Shown here: positions 12,428 to 21,908 of the stretch, piece by piece
How positions within the stretch are numbered: the stretch's first letter is position 1
How the letters are laid out: the number at the start of each line of letters is the position of its first letter
NCBI GenBank assembly: GCA_964594245.1
Contig: CAZQML010000156.1
Coordinates: 1 to 33,241, forward strand
Reading direction: 5' to 3'
Source: an uncultured Dehalococcoidales bacterium
GTDB lineage: Bacteria > Chloroflexota > Dehalococcoidia > GIF9 > AB-539-J10
DNA length: 33,241 nt
Program-made: the position numbers and the translations under genes
Notes under the pieces: model-generated
Databases searched by the model: none
What the model was told of the DNA's origin: nothing
What the model saw: only the letters and a program-made list of their open reading frames with translations

Positions 12428-14836
12428 ATGAAGTTCGTCAGGAGACTCGATGAAGTCGGAATCGCCGACGTTGGGATTGTCGGTGGCAAGAATGCCTCGC
12501 TCGGTGAGATGCTTCGCGCACTCAGCAGCAAGGGCGTGAGAGTGCCGTCCGGGTTCGCCGTGACCACCGATGGGTATCGCTACTTCGTCGAGGAAGCCGG
12601 ACTGGACCGACAGATCAGGGACATCATGAGCAACCTGGACACGCGTGACATGCGTGGGCTTGCCTCCCGTGGAGCACATGTGCGACGGATAGTCATGCAT
12701 GCCCCACTCCCCACCACGCTTGAGCAGGAGATTCTCCAAGCATATGCTTCCATGGAAGAAGAGTACGGCAGCGAGGTAGACGTTGCGGTCAGAAGCAGCG
12801 CGACGGCTGAGGACCTGCCTGACGCGTCCTTCGCCGGACAGCAAGAGACTTACCTGAACGTCAGGGGGTCGAAGGATCTTCTGGACAAGGTTCGCGCGTG
12901 CTTCGCGTCGCTGTTCACCAACCGTGCGATTTCGTATCGTGAAGACAAGGGCTTCGACCATTTCGACGTCTACCTGTCAGTGGGCGTGCAGAAGATGGCG
13001 CGTTCCGATCTCGCGTGCTCGGGCGTGATGTTCTCGATCGACACCGAGTCGGGATTCAGAGATGCCGTGTACATCACGGGAGCGTACGGCCTTGGCGAGA
13101 ACGTGGTCCAGGGAACGGTAAACCCAGATCAGTTCTACGTGTTCAAGCCAACGTTACGCCAGGGATACCACGCCATCATCGAGCGGAGTCTGGGCACCAA
13201 GGCGAAGAAGCTGGTCTACCGCTCGACGGGACGCGGCACGCGACAAGCCACGGTTGCACTTCGCGACCGGCGCCGGTTCATCCTCAGTGACGATGAGATT
13301 CTCCAGCTCGCCCGGTGGGCCTGCATCATCGAAGAGCACTACGGCACGCCTATGGATGTCGAGTGGGCCAAGGACGGCCTGACCGGAGAGCTCTTCATAC
13401 TGCAAGCGCGGCCGGAAACCGTGCACGCCCGTCGGGCCAGTGCGGTTCTCACCACCTATGTCCTTGAGGAGCCGGGCAGACTCCTCCTTTCCGGCGAGTC
13501 CGTGGGCATGAAGATAGGCCAGGGAAGGGTTCACCTGATAGCGGATGCCTCCGAGATCGACAGCTTCGAGGAGGGAGAGGTGCTGGTTACCAACATGACG
13601 GACCCCGACTGGGAGCCAATCATGAAGATAGCCGGAGCAATCGTCACGAATCAGGGAGGCAGAACGTGCCACGCAGCCATCGTCAGCCGAGAACTCGGCG
13701 TTCCATGCGTCATCGGCACGAGCACGGGAACGCGCACGCTCGCCAAGGCAGACGCCGTGACAATTGACTGCTCAGAAGGGCGCGGCAAGGTGTATTCGGG
13801 GATGCTGAAGTACCGCATCGATGAGGTCGCGCTCGACAGTGTTCCGCGCCCAAGGACGCAGATCATGATAAATGTCGGCATCCCTGATGAGGCGTTCATC
13901 AAGGGGCAGATTCCCAACGATGGCGTGGGGCTGGCGAGAGAGGAGTTCATCATCAACTCCTATATCGGCATTCACCCGATGGCGCTCATCCAGTATGAGC
14001 ACCTGAAGGAGCGGGCCGCGGGCGACCCGCGCATCGCACGTGTCGTGCGTGCAATCGATAAGAAGACCGAGGGATACGAAGACAAGTCCGAGTTCTACGT
14101 GGACAACCTTGCGATGGGCATCGCGAAAATCGCTGCCGGCTTCTATCCGAACGACGTGATTGTCCGGTTTTCCGACTTCAAGACAAACGAGTACGCCAAC
14201 TTGGTCGGCGGCTACCTCTACGAACCGGTGGAGAACAACCCGATGATCGGCTGGCGTGGTGCGTCACGCTACTACGACGAGCGATTCAAGCCCGCCTTTG
14301 GCATGGAGTGTGCCGCCATCAAGCGCGTTCGCAACGACATGGGACTGGCCAACGTCAAGGTCATGGTCCCATTCTGCCGCACGCCAAAGGAAGGCCGGCG
14401 GGTCATCGAAGTCATGCGGGAATTCGGCCTGGTGCAGGGGGAGAACGGCCTCGAGGTATACATGATGTGCGAGGTCCCATCAAACGTGACCCTCGCAGAT
14501 GAATTCGCCGACGTGTTTGACGGATTCAGCATAGGCTCCAACGACCTGACGCAGCTTATGCTCGGCATCGACAGAGACTCCGAGACACTGTCCCGTATCT
14601 CCGACGAGAGGGACGAGGCCGTGATGCGAGTGGTCAAGCGGACCATCGAATTCGCGCATGAACACAAGCCACCACGAAAGGTCGGCATCTGCGGACAGGC
14701 GCCAAGCGACTTCCCAGAGTTCGCAGAATACCTTGTGAAGTGTGGTATTGACTCAATATCACTGAACTCAGACGTTGTCCTGCGAACTCGCATCCGTGTG
14801 GCAGAGCTGGAGATGCTTGGACTCGTGGACAGCTAG
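12428..14836 (+). CDS. ppsA: Phosphoenolpyruvate synthase (pyruvate, water dikinase)
   Basis: VGGKNASLGEM, VAVRSSATAEDLPDASFAGQQETYLNV, phospho-His GGRTCHAAI, SDFKTNEY, GFSIGSNDLTQ, GICGQAPSD. Start reassigned to ATG 12428 with SD GAAGGGG. Confidence 0.97.
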   Translation: MKFVRRLDEVGIADVGIVGGKNASLGEMLRALSSKGVRVPSGFAVTTDGYRYFVEEAGLDRQIRDIMSNLDTRDMRGLASRGAHVRRIVMHAPLPTTLEQEILQAYASMEEEYGSEVDVAVRSSATAEDLPDASFAGQQETYLNVRGSKDLLDKVRACFASLFTNRAISYREDKGFDHFDVYLSVGVQKMARSDLACSGVMFSIDTESGFRDAVYITGAYGLGENVVQGTVNPDQFYVFKPTLRQGYHAIIERSLGTKAKKLVYRSTGRGTRQATVALRDRRRFILSDDEILQLARWACIIEEHYGTPMDVEWAKDGLTGELFILQARPETVHARRASAVLTTYVLEEPGRLLLSGESVGMKIGQGRVHLIADASEIDSFEEGEVLVTNMTDPDWEPIMKIAGAIVTNQGGRTCHAAIVSRELGVPCVIGTSTGTRTLAKADAVTIDCSEGRGKVYSGMLKYRIDEVALDSVPRPRTQIMINVGIPDEAFIKGQIPNDGVGLAREEFIINSYIGIHPMALIQYEHLKERAAGDPRIARVVRAIDKKTEGYEDKSEFYVDNLAMGIAKIAAGFYPNDVIVRFSDFKTNEYANLVGGYLYEPVENNPMIGWRGASRYYDERFKPAFGMECAAIKRVRNDMGLANVKVMVPFCRTPKEGRRVIEVMREFGLVQGENGLEVYMMCEVPSNVTLADEFADVFDGFSIGSNDLTQLMLGIDRDSETLSRISDERDEAVMRVVKRTIEFAHEHKPPRKVGICGQAPSDFPEFAEYLVKCGIDSISLNSDVVLRTRIRVAELEMLGLVDS

Positions 14837-14969
14837 CCCACGCAACTGCTGTATTCCCTTGGAGTTTGTCGCCCGCGAGGTGTGTGGCGTGCTATCCTGA
14901 TGCCTGTCACAATGTCTGCGCCGCACTGCTGACACGTTCTCACAGACAGTAGCGCCGCCCGGCTAGCAC

Positions 14970-16832
14970 ATGAGCACTATCTCAGATGTGAAAGAGCGTA
15001 TCGATATTGTGGCGCTAGTGTCCGAATACGCTCAGCTCACCAAGGCCGGTAAGAACTACAAGGGACTATGCCCCTTTCACGCTGAGAAACACGCTTCCTT
15101 CTTCGTCTTCCCCGATAGACAGACGTGGCGCTGCTTCGGTGCGTGCGGCGAGGGGGGGGACGTCTTCTCCTTCGTGATGAAGAAGGAGGGTGTCGACTTC
15201 AATGAAGCGCTACAGATGCTCGCTCAACGGGCCGGCGTTCACATAGAAAGAGGCCCGGCCCCCGATACGGCGCGTGACGAGGCGAAGGAGAGACTCCTGG
15301 CGGCTGCCGATGCTGCGGCGGAGTACTACCACAACCTCCTCATCAAGTCAGAGGCAGGGGCCGGGGCGCGGGACTACCTGGCCGGCCGAAACATCACGGG
15401 AGAGATAATCTCAAGTTTCAGGCTCGGATACAGTCCCGCAGGCTGGACATCACTCAAGGACTTGCTGTCCTCTCGTGGCTATGCGGAGCTGGAACTCGTT
15501 GAGGCGGGATTGCTTGTCCAGCGCGAGGACGGAAGCTCGTACGACAGGTTCCGTGACCGGGTCATGTTTCCAATCTGCGACACGCAGGGCAGGGTCATCG
15601 GATTCGGCGCCCGGGCCTTCGGCGACCTGCAGCCCAAGTACGTCAACTCCCCTCAGACACGCATATTCGACAAGAGCAGTGTGCTCTACGGTATCCATCG
15701 GGCACGCGTCGCGGCGCGACGCGCGAACCAGATCATTCTGGTCGAGGGCTACACGGACGTGCTCCAGGCCCATCAACACGGCTGGGAGAACGTCGTCGCC
15801 CCGATGGGAACATCCCTCACAGAGCCTCAGGCAGCGGCACTCTTGCGTATCTCCAAGAACATATACCTCGCGCTCGACGCGGATGCGGCCGGACAGGCTG
15901 CTGCGATGAAGACGATTCGTGAAACGACAGGGAAGTTTCGTGATGCCTTCGGACAGAGAACAGTTCTGGAAATGGGCCCCAGGGGAAGCCAGGCATTCAG
16001 GTCCGTGCTTGATGCAGACATACGAGTGATTGTGTTGCCCGAAGGCCGGGACCCGGACGAAATCATCGCCGGGGCCCCGGAGGCATGGGGGCAGCTCGTC
16101 GAGAAGGCAATACCATACGTCGACTTCTACGTGGACACCCTTGTCCGCTCAGTCGACACGGCGACAGCACGCGGCAAGAGGGAACTCATCGGACTATGCG
16201 AACCGGTCATCGCGGAACTGGAAGACTCGATGGAACGTTCCCGCTTCTACTCACGATTGAGTCGCGCACTGGAGATTCCCGAACGTGATCTCAGGGCCGA
16301 ATTGGGCAGGAGTGAACGTAGCCGGCGACCCGGGCAAGCGGCTGGAGAATCGAGGCAGAGGCAGCGGCCGCGCAGGGTCGGCGCGAGTGTAACAGAGGAG
16401 TACTGTCTCTGCCTTCTGCTCACGAGTCCGCAGTTGCGCCCGTTCGCTGACGGACTCACTGCGGAGCATTTCGAGGCGACCGAGAACCGCCGCGTCTATG
16501 AGGCATGGTGTTCGAGCAAAGACCTGAACGAGCTTCGCGGCCAACTTGACGCGGGTCTCGTGGAACACCTGGACTACTTGCTGTCTGAGCCATTTCCACC
16601 CGGCATTCCCGAAGACGAGCAAACCCGGAGCCTTGCCCTCAGTGATTGTGTTCTGCTCCTCCAGGAACGACTCTCCAAGCGCCTTCATTTTGCGATGGAG
16701 ACGGCGTTGAATCGCGAGAGGCAGGAGGAGGGAGTCGGGGCCGAGCTTGCCACTCTTGAGCAAGCAGGAATCCAATCGACCCAGGAACTCCACGAGATAT
16801 TCCTTCGACAGGGACGCAGAGGACGTACTTAA
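14970..16832 (+). CDS. dnaG: DNA primase
   Basis: Zn ribbon CPFHAEK...CFGAC, FRDRVMFPI, KYVNSPQT, Toprim EGYTD and DADAAG, PEGRDPDE. Confidence 0.97.
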   Translation: MSTISDVKERIDIVALVSEYAQLTKAGKNYKGLCPFHAEKHASFFVFPDRQTWRCFGACGEGGDVFSFVMKKEGVDFNEALQMLAQRAGVHIERGPAPDTARDEAKERLLAAADAAAEYYHNLLIKSEAGAGARDYLAGRNITGEIISSFRLGYSPAGWTSLKDLLSSRGYAELELVEAGLLVQREDGSSYDRFRDRVMFPICDTQGRVIGFGARAFGDLQPKYVNSPQTRIFDKSSVLYGIHRARVAARRANQIILVEGYTDVLQAHQHGWENVVAPMGTSLTEPQAAALLRISKNIYLALDADAAGQAAAMKTIRETTGKFRDAFGQRTVLEMGPRGSQAFRSVLDADIRVIVLPEGRDPDEIIAGAPEAWGQLVEKAIPYVDFYVDTLVRSVDTATARGKRELIGLCEPVIAELEDSMERSRFYSRLSRALEIPERDLRAELGRSERSRRPGQAAGESRQRQRPRRVGASVTEEYCLCLLLTSPQLRPFADGLTAEHFEATENRRVYEAWCSSKDLNELRGQLDAGLVEHLDYLLSEPFPPGIPEDEQTRSLALSDCVLLLQERLSKRLHFAMETALNRERQEEGVGAELATLEQAGIQSTQELHEIFLRQGRRGRT

Positions 16833-16844
16833 GAGAGGCTAGAC

Positions 16845-18308
16845 ATGGAAACAATACGAGACTCGAGTGTAGACCAGCACGATGATACGGCACATTCGGC
16901 GGCTGACGGCGAGAACGAGGACGAGTCAGAAGAGACGGAAGCCCCGTACGACAAAGAGGTGCCATACGAGAGCGGCATAGCCCTTGTCGGGGATGACATC
17001 AAGCCGACAATCTCGCTCGAGGACCACGAGGTCATAGACGACTCGGTCCGGATGTACCTCCGGGAGATCGGGCAGGTCCCCCTGCTGATTGCTGCGGAGG
17101 AGCGCCAGCTCTCGGGGCTGATTGAACAGCGGCGACACCTGGCCAAACTGGAGGACTCCTACTTCAAGAAGTACAGGACTCCGCTTCCAGCCGTAGACCT
17201 CACCGCCGACCTCATCGTGAGACTGGTGAGGGCTTACCCGATTCTCCAGGTCGTCCGCGAACATCTGGGGCTGGAGGAGGGGTCAAGCCTTGGCGAACTG
17301 CTACAGGTCGCCGAAGTGCGTGCTGCGATCGACAACGAGATCAAGCCGCCGCTCATCGCTGCACTCGAGGAGCAGACGAACAGGCCCTCACCTGCGGCAG
17401 AAGAGGCCATCGTGAGTCTTTCCGTCAACAGCAGCGTGCTGCCGCCTCGCGCGTTGGAGCTGCTGCAGCAGGAATCCATCGAGCGACTGCGCGAACTGGT
17501 GGCAGAGGACAGCCTTGTTCAGATTCTCGAGCCCTACGAGGACGAGTTCCGGCGGCACTACGATGACGTGAAGCGTGCCGCACGCAGGGCTGAGAAGCAC
17601 CTCACCCAGGCCAACCTGAGGCTAGTTGTCAGCATAGCGAAGAAATACATCGGCCACGGCATGTCGCTGCTTGACCTTATCCAGGAAGGAAACATCGGCT
17701 TGATGCGCGCGGTCGAGAAGTTCCGGCATAGAAAGGGCTACAAGTTCAGCACATATGCGACGTGGTGGATAAGGCAGGGCATCACGAGGGCCATCGCGGA
17801 TCAGGCCCGGACGATACGCATACCCGTGCACATGGTGGAGACAATGAACAGGTTGCTCCGCACCACTCGCCAGCTCAGCCAGGAATTGAAGCGCGAGCCA
17901 AGCTACGCTGAGATTGGGGACAGACTCAGCATGAACTCCGAGAGGGTGGAGGAGGTCATGGACCTCTTTCACCACGAGCCCATATCGCTGGAGACCCCTA
18001 TTGGCGAGGATGGGGACACGCGGCTGGGTGATTTCGTCGAAGACCGCACGAGTCCCGCGCCTGCAGAGGTGGCCACGCAGGAGCTTCTCAAAGAGCAACT
18101 GGACAGAGTCCTGGACGAACTCACTCCAAGGGAGAAACGAGTCCTGCAGCTCCGTTTCGGGCTTAAGGACGGCCACGCAAGAACCCTGGAGGAAGTCGGA
18201 CAGGAGTTCAACGTTACGAGAGAACGCATCCGGCAGATAGAGGCAAAGGCGCTGCGAAAGCTGCGGCATCCCAGCAGGAGCCGCAGGCTCAAGGACTACC
18301 TGGACTAG
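16845..18308 (+). CDS. rpoD: Primary RNA polymerase sigma factor
   Basis: Region 1.2 [45 protein letters not shown], region 4 [27 protein letters not shown]. Follows dnaG. Confidence 0.97.
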   Translation: METIRDSSVDQHDDTAHSAADGENEDESEETEAPYDKEVPYESGIALVGDDIKPTISLEDHEVIDDSVRMYLREIGQVPLLIAAEERQLSGLIEQRRHLAKLEDSYFKKYRTPLPAVDLTADLIVRLVRAYPILQVVREHLGLEEGSSLGELLQVAEVRAAIDNEIKPPLIAALEEQTNRPSPAAEEAIVSLSVNSSVLPPRALELLQQESIERLRELVAEDSLVQILEPYEDEFRRHYDDVKRAARRAEKHLTQANLRLVVSIAKKYIGHGMSLLDLIQEGNIGLMRAVEKFRHRKGYKFSTYATWWIRQGITRAIADQARTIRIPVHMVETMNRLLRTTRQLSQELKREPSYAEIGDRLSMNSERVEEVMDLFHHEPISLETPIGEDGDTRLGDFVEDRTSPAPAEVATQELLKEQLDRVLDELTPREKRVLQLRFGLKDGHARTLEEVGQEFNVTRERIRQIEAKALRKLRHPSRSRRLKDYLD

Positions 18309-18320
18309 AAGAGCTCGAAG

Positions 18321-18863
18321 ATGGACGACTCAGCGACAAGAGGGGCACGGGGCCAGATCTGGGCGCCCTGGCGCATCGAATACATCCGTCGGTCGAAAGA
18401 CGAGGACTGCATCCTTTGCTCGGCACCCTCGCGGGGCGAGGATGAGACCTCGCTAATCCTGTTGAGAGGTGACTGGAACTTCATCCTCATGAACGCCTAT
18501 CCGTACAGTGGAGGGCACCTCATGGTGGCGCCTTTCAAGCACACAGCCGACCTGGCAGAGCTCACGCCAGAGGAAAGCGCCGAGCATTTCGAACTGGTGA
18601 AGCTGGGAATCGCACTGCTGAAGGACGTTGCCCACCCGGATGGCTTCAATGTGGGCCTCAATCTGGGACGCGTTGCCGGTGCCGGAATCGACCAGCACCT
18701 TCACACGCATATCGTGCCACGCTGGCTCGGAGACACGAACTTCATGCCGGTCATAGCGGACACGCGGGTAATGTCGGAGAGCCTGCCTTCGATGTACTCA
18801 AGACTGAAGAAGGCGCTTGCGCAGCGCCTCGACGCTCGCGGAGACTCAGAGAGCAGCCGGTAG
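18321..18863 (+). CDS. HIT family protein (Ap4A hydrolase/phosphorylase-like)
   Basis: IWAPWRIEYI, CILC, NAYPYSGGHLMVAP, GFNVGLNLGRVAGAGI, HIT motif HLHTHIVPRW. Confidence 0.92.
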   Translation: MDDSATRGARGQIWAPWRIEYIRRSKDEDCILCSAPSRGEDETSLILLRGDWNFILMNAYPYSGGHLMVAPFKHTADLAELTPEESAEHFELVKLGIALLKDVAHPDGFNVGLNLGRVAGAGIDQHLHTHIVPRWLGDTNFMPVIADTRVMSESLPSMYSRLKKALAQRLDARGDSESSR

Positions 18864-18882
18864 CGGTAGCCCGTCCCGGCAG

Positions 18883-19560
18883 CTAGACCTCCGGCCTGGC
18901 CACTCCACCCACCTCCGCACGAAGCTTGTCCATCATGTCCTGAGCCACCACACAGATAAGCTTATCGCCCACAGCCAGCCTCGTTGTGTCATCGACCGCC
19001 TGTGGCGCGCTGCCCGCGCGGGCGAGACACGCAGACTCAACTAGAGAAGAGATAGGGGTCTCGGACACCACCTTGTCACCGAGGTGCGAGTCCTCCGTTA
19101 CACTGACCTGAACAACCTCAAGGCTCTCGTCCTCAAGGCTCAACACATGCACAAACGGAAACGCAGGAATCCGTGCCTTGAGGTTCTCGAGCACGAGTGC
19201 TGCCACGTCAACAGTGTGCTCCACACCCAGCTTGCGGAAGATGTTACGATTCCGGGGGTTGTTGAGCTTCGCCACAACCCTCGGCACGTTGTACTTCAAC
19301 TTGGCAAGCTGGCAGGCAGCAAGGTTGTATTCGTCGATGTCGGTTGCCGCCACGAATACTTCGGCACGCGATACGCCGGCCTCGTCCAGACACTGAATGC
19401 GACACCCCTCACCACACAACGTTATGTCTCCCAACTGGCCCTCAAGCCGCTCTCTCTGCTTGCTATCGGGCTCCATCACCAGGACCTCGTGGCCGCCATC
19501 GAGGAACTCCTTGGCGAGGTAGTACCCAACCTCACCACCACCAACGATAATCACATACAC
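18883..19560 (-). CDS. TrkA/KtrA-type RCK protein (RCK-N plus degenerate RCK-C)
   Basis: MYVIIVGGGEVG Rossmann motif, AATDIDEYNL, and a C-terminal TrkA-C-like ...DTTRLAVGDKL. GTG start. Confidence 0.88.
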   Translation of the reverse strand: MYVIIVGGGEVGYYLAKEFLDGGHEVLVMEPDSKQRERLEGQLGDITLCGEGCRIQCLDEAGVSRAEVFVAATDIDEYNLAACQLAKLKYNVPRVVAKLNNPRNRNIFRKLGVEHTVDVAALVLENLKARIPAFPFVHVLSLEDESLEVVQVSVTEDSHLGDKVVSETPISSLVESACLARAGSAPQAVDDTTRLAVGDKLICVVAQDMMDKLRAEVGGVARPEV

Positions 19561-19564
19561 ACAG

Positions 19565-19963
19565 TCACTCCTCCAGCCGGCCCTTCACGAGTCGGGCAAA
19601 CACCATGATAGGGCTGATAGCCTCCAGCCCGAGGGTCTTGTAGAACTCCTCGCGGAGCGGATCGTATATCCGGCACATGACTTTGCGCACGCCGAACACG
19701 TGCTTCGCAATCTGCGCAGCCATGGCATTGCGATTGTCATCCCGTGTCAATGCGATGAACGCATCCGCGGACCGGAGTCCCGCTTTCTGCAGCAACCCCT
19801 CATCCGTTGCATCACCGACAACCGTCTTGCCGCCGAAGTCGGGGCGCAGATTGCCAAAGCCGGAAGGCTCAATCCCGATGACTGTGACCTTGTGGCCCTC
19901 CTCGTCGAGCAGTGTGGCAAGCTCCGAGGCAACCCTGCCGCTGCCCATTATGACGACGTTCAT
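19565..19963 (-). CDS. Stand-alone RCK-N (TrkA-N) protein
   Basis: MNVVIMGSGRVA, GDATD, ADAFIALTRDDNRN, RIYDP. No RCK-C domain; ATGA overlap with usp. Confidence 0.9.
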   Translation of the reverse strand: MNVVIMGSGRVASELATLLDEEGHKVTVIGIEPSGFGNLRPDFGGKTVVGDATDEGLLQKAGLRSADAFIALTRDDNRNAMAAQIAKHVFGVRKVMCRIYDPLREEFYKTLGLEAISPIMVFARLVKGRLEE

Positions 19964-20400
19964 TCGACGTCCTCCGGGTCAACCGCCGCCCTGTAGAGGA
20001 CCACATGACACGGAGCCTCTCTGAGCACATGCGACATCGTGTCTCCCATGTCGAAGACACCGAGGCGACGCCGGTACCCGACTCCCATAACGATGAGATC
20101 GGCATGGCCCTCCACGGCCTCGTGGATGATTGCAGGACCGGCCTCCCGGGCCTGCAGCAGGCCCGTCTCAATGGGATAGCCAAACTCAAGAGCGAACTCC
20201 TGAGCACGAGAGACAATCTCCTCCGCCTCGGACATCTTCTGCTCCAAAGAAGCATCAAGAGGCAGGCTTCTCTCGACCTCTATCACGTACACGGCGTAGA
20301 CCGAGGCTCCGCTCTTCTGAGCGAACTCGCATGCAAGCCGAATCACTTCGCCATCAACACAGTTCCCACTCACGGGAACCAGCACTTTTCCGACTTCCAT
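19960..20400 (-). CDS. Universal stress protein (UspA family)
   Basis: KVLVPVSG...ADLIVMG...GDTMSHVLREAPCHV. Start set to ATG 20400 from the Usp N-terminal pattern and the upstream promoter; ATG 20412 and TTG 20439 are alternatives. Confidence 0.9.
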   Translation of the reverse strand: MEVGKVLVPVSGNCVDGEVIRLACEFAQKSGASVYAVYVIEVERSLPLDASLEQKMSEAEEIVSRAQEFALEFGYPIETGLLQAREAGPAIIHEAVEGHADLIVMGVGYRRRLGVFDMGDTMSHVLREAPCHVVLYRAAVDPEDVE

Positions 20401-20410
20401 ACGGCGGAGC

Positions 20411-20439
20411 ATGTTAGATACTTCAATCAGCTTAGTCAA
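20411..20439 (-). promoter_or_regulatory. Internal sigma70-type promoter candidate for usp-RCK-RCK
   Basis: Minus strand TTGACT, 17 nt spacer, TAACAT, 10 nt before ATG 20400, in the trkH-usp spacer. Confidence 0.55.
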
Positions 20440-20450
20440 TACACCTCTTC

Positions 20451-21908
20451 TCAGCGCCAGCGCCAGAAGGCAGGACTCACCAGCGCGATTGCAGTCACGA
20501 ACTCGAGTCTGCCGACCAGCATGCAAGCTGTCAGCACCAGCTTCCCCACATCAGGTATGAAAGCATAGTTGCCCGCCGGCCCGACCAAAGCCAGGCCGGG
20601 GCCAACGTTGCCGGTCGTAGCCGCAACAGACGAGAAGGCAGTCACCGGGTCAAGGCCCAGAGCGCTCATGACAAGGTATCCGGCGAGCAGCGTGCCTGCA
20701 TAGAGGGCAGCCATTCCCATGATAGCCGAAACCATCGGCTCCGGAACCGTCTCTCCTCCCAGTTTCAGCGGCATCACAGAACGCGGGCTGAAGGCTGTCA
20801 CCACTTGCCGGTACGCGTACTTGGCGACAACAAGCACACGCACGACCTTCAGGGCGCCACCTGTGGAGCCCGCGCTGGCTCCCACAAGCATCAGCACAAG
20901 CAGTACGCTCTTCGACAGGGCAGGCCACAAATCAAAATCCGTAGTCGTGAACCCCGTTGTCGTCTGCATTGAAGCCACATGGAAAGTCGCCTGCCTCGCG
21001 GCCTCCGCCATGGGAATGCTCCCCGCTCGCACCAGGTCCACGGCAACGACGATCGATGCAACCACGAATATGCCCACATAGAGGCGGAACTCAGGGTTGC
21101 GCAGAAAAGACTTCGCCTGTCCGCGCCTGATGAGGAAATAGTACAGGGCAAAGTTGACTCCTGCTGCCAGCATGAAGACGGTGACAACGGTTGTCACGAA
21201 GACGTTGTCTCCGTACGCGCCGATGCTCTCGCTCAGATGAAGGAACCCCCCTGTTGGCATCGTGCCAAACGTGACATTGAGCGCATCAAACGCAGGAAGC
21301 CTTCCCCCAATACGAAGCAGCACAAACTCAAGCAGGGAGAAGAGTACGTACAGCAGCCACAACGCCTGTGCCGTACTGCGCACCCGGGAGCGCAGCCGCT
21401 CCGGCTGTGGTCCCGGCATCTCCGCCTCGAAGAGGTGAGCGGCGCCGACTCCGAGCATCGGAAAGAGGGCAACGAAAAACGTCAAGATACCCATTCCTCC
21501 CAGCCACTGGGAGAAGTTGCGCCACAGGAGGATGCTCTGGGGCTGCACCCCAATCGACGTGAAGACGGTTGCCCCCGTCGTTGTGAACCCCGACATCGCC
21601 TCAAAGAGAGCATCGACGTAGTTGGGGAGCGTGTGCGAAAGCGTGTACGGCAACGCTCCAAGCAGTGAGCCGGCGATCCACGTAAGCGTAACGAGGGCGA
21701 GTCCCTCACGACGTGTGACGCCATGGTTCTCCGGGGGAACGAATCGCCACAGCGCGGCGCCAACGAAACCGGCGATGCAGACTGGCACAACGAAGCTGGC
21801 CGCTGCCCCATCCGACACCGCCAGCGACCACACAAGCGGGAAGAGAAGCGTGCCTCCGAGGACAATCAGCACGAGGCCAAGGTATTTGAGGACAACTCGA
21901 ATGCTCAC
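20451..21908 (-). CDS. trkH: Trk system K+ uptake membrane subunit
   Basis: Four pore loops (SGFTTTGA, GTMPTGGF, TTTGF, GNVGPG), plus QWLGGMG, GSTGGALK and MLVGRLE. GTGA overlap with trkA. Confidence 0.96.
   Translation of the reverse strand: MSIRVVLKYLGLVLIVLGGTLLFPLVWSLAVSDGAAASFVVPVCIAGFVGAALWRFVPPENHGVTRREGLALVTLTWIAGSLLGALPYTLSHTLPNYVDALFEAMSGFTTTGATVFTSIGVQPQSILLWRNFSQWLGGMGILTFFVALFPMLGVGAAHLFEAEMPGPQPERLRSRVRSTAQALWLLYVLFSLLEFVLLRIGGRLPAFDALNVTFGTMPTGGFLHLSESIGAYGDNVFVTTVVTVFMLAAGVNFALYYFLIRRGQAKSFLRNPEFRLYVGIFVVASIVVAVDLVRAGSIPMAEAARQATFHVASMQTTTGFTTTDFDLWPALSKSVLLVLMLVGASAGSTGGALKVVRVLVVAKYAYRQVVTAFSPRSVMPLKLGGETVPEPMVSAIMGMAALYAGTLLAGYLVMSALGLDPVTAFSSVAATTGNVGPGLALVGPAGNYAFIPDVGKLVLTACMLVGRLEFVTAIALVSPAFWRWR

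Noticed and set aside
19560-19567. Frameshifted or read-through single trkA split into two ORFs (pseudogene)
   Set aside because: Each ORF begins with its own Rossmann N-terminus and the first has no RCK-C, so fusing them would not rebuild a TrkA. A full-length trkA is already present.
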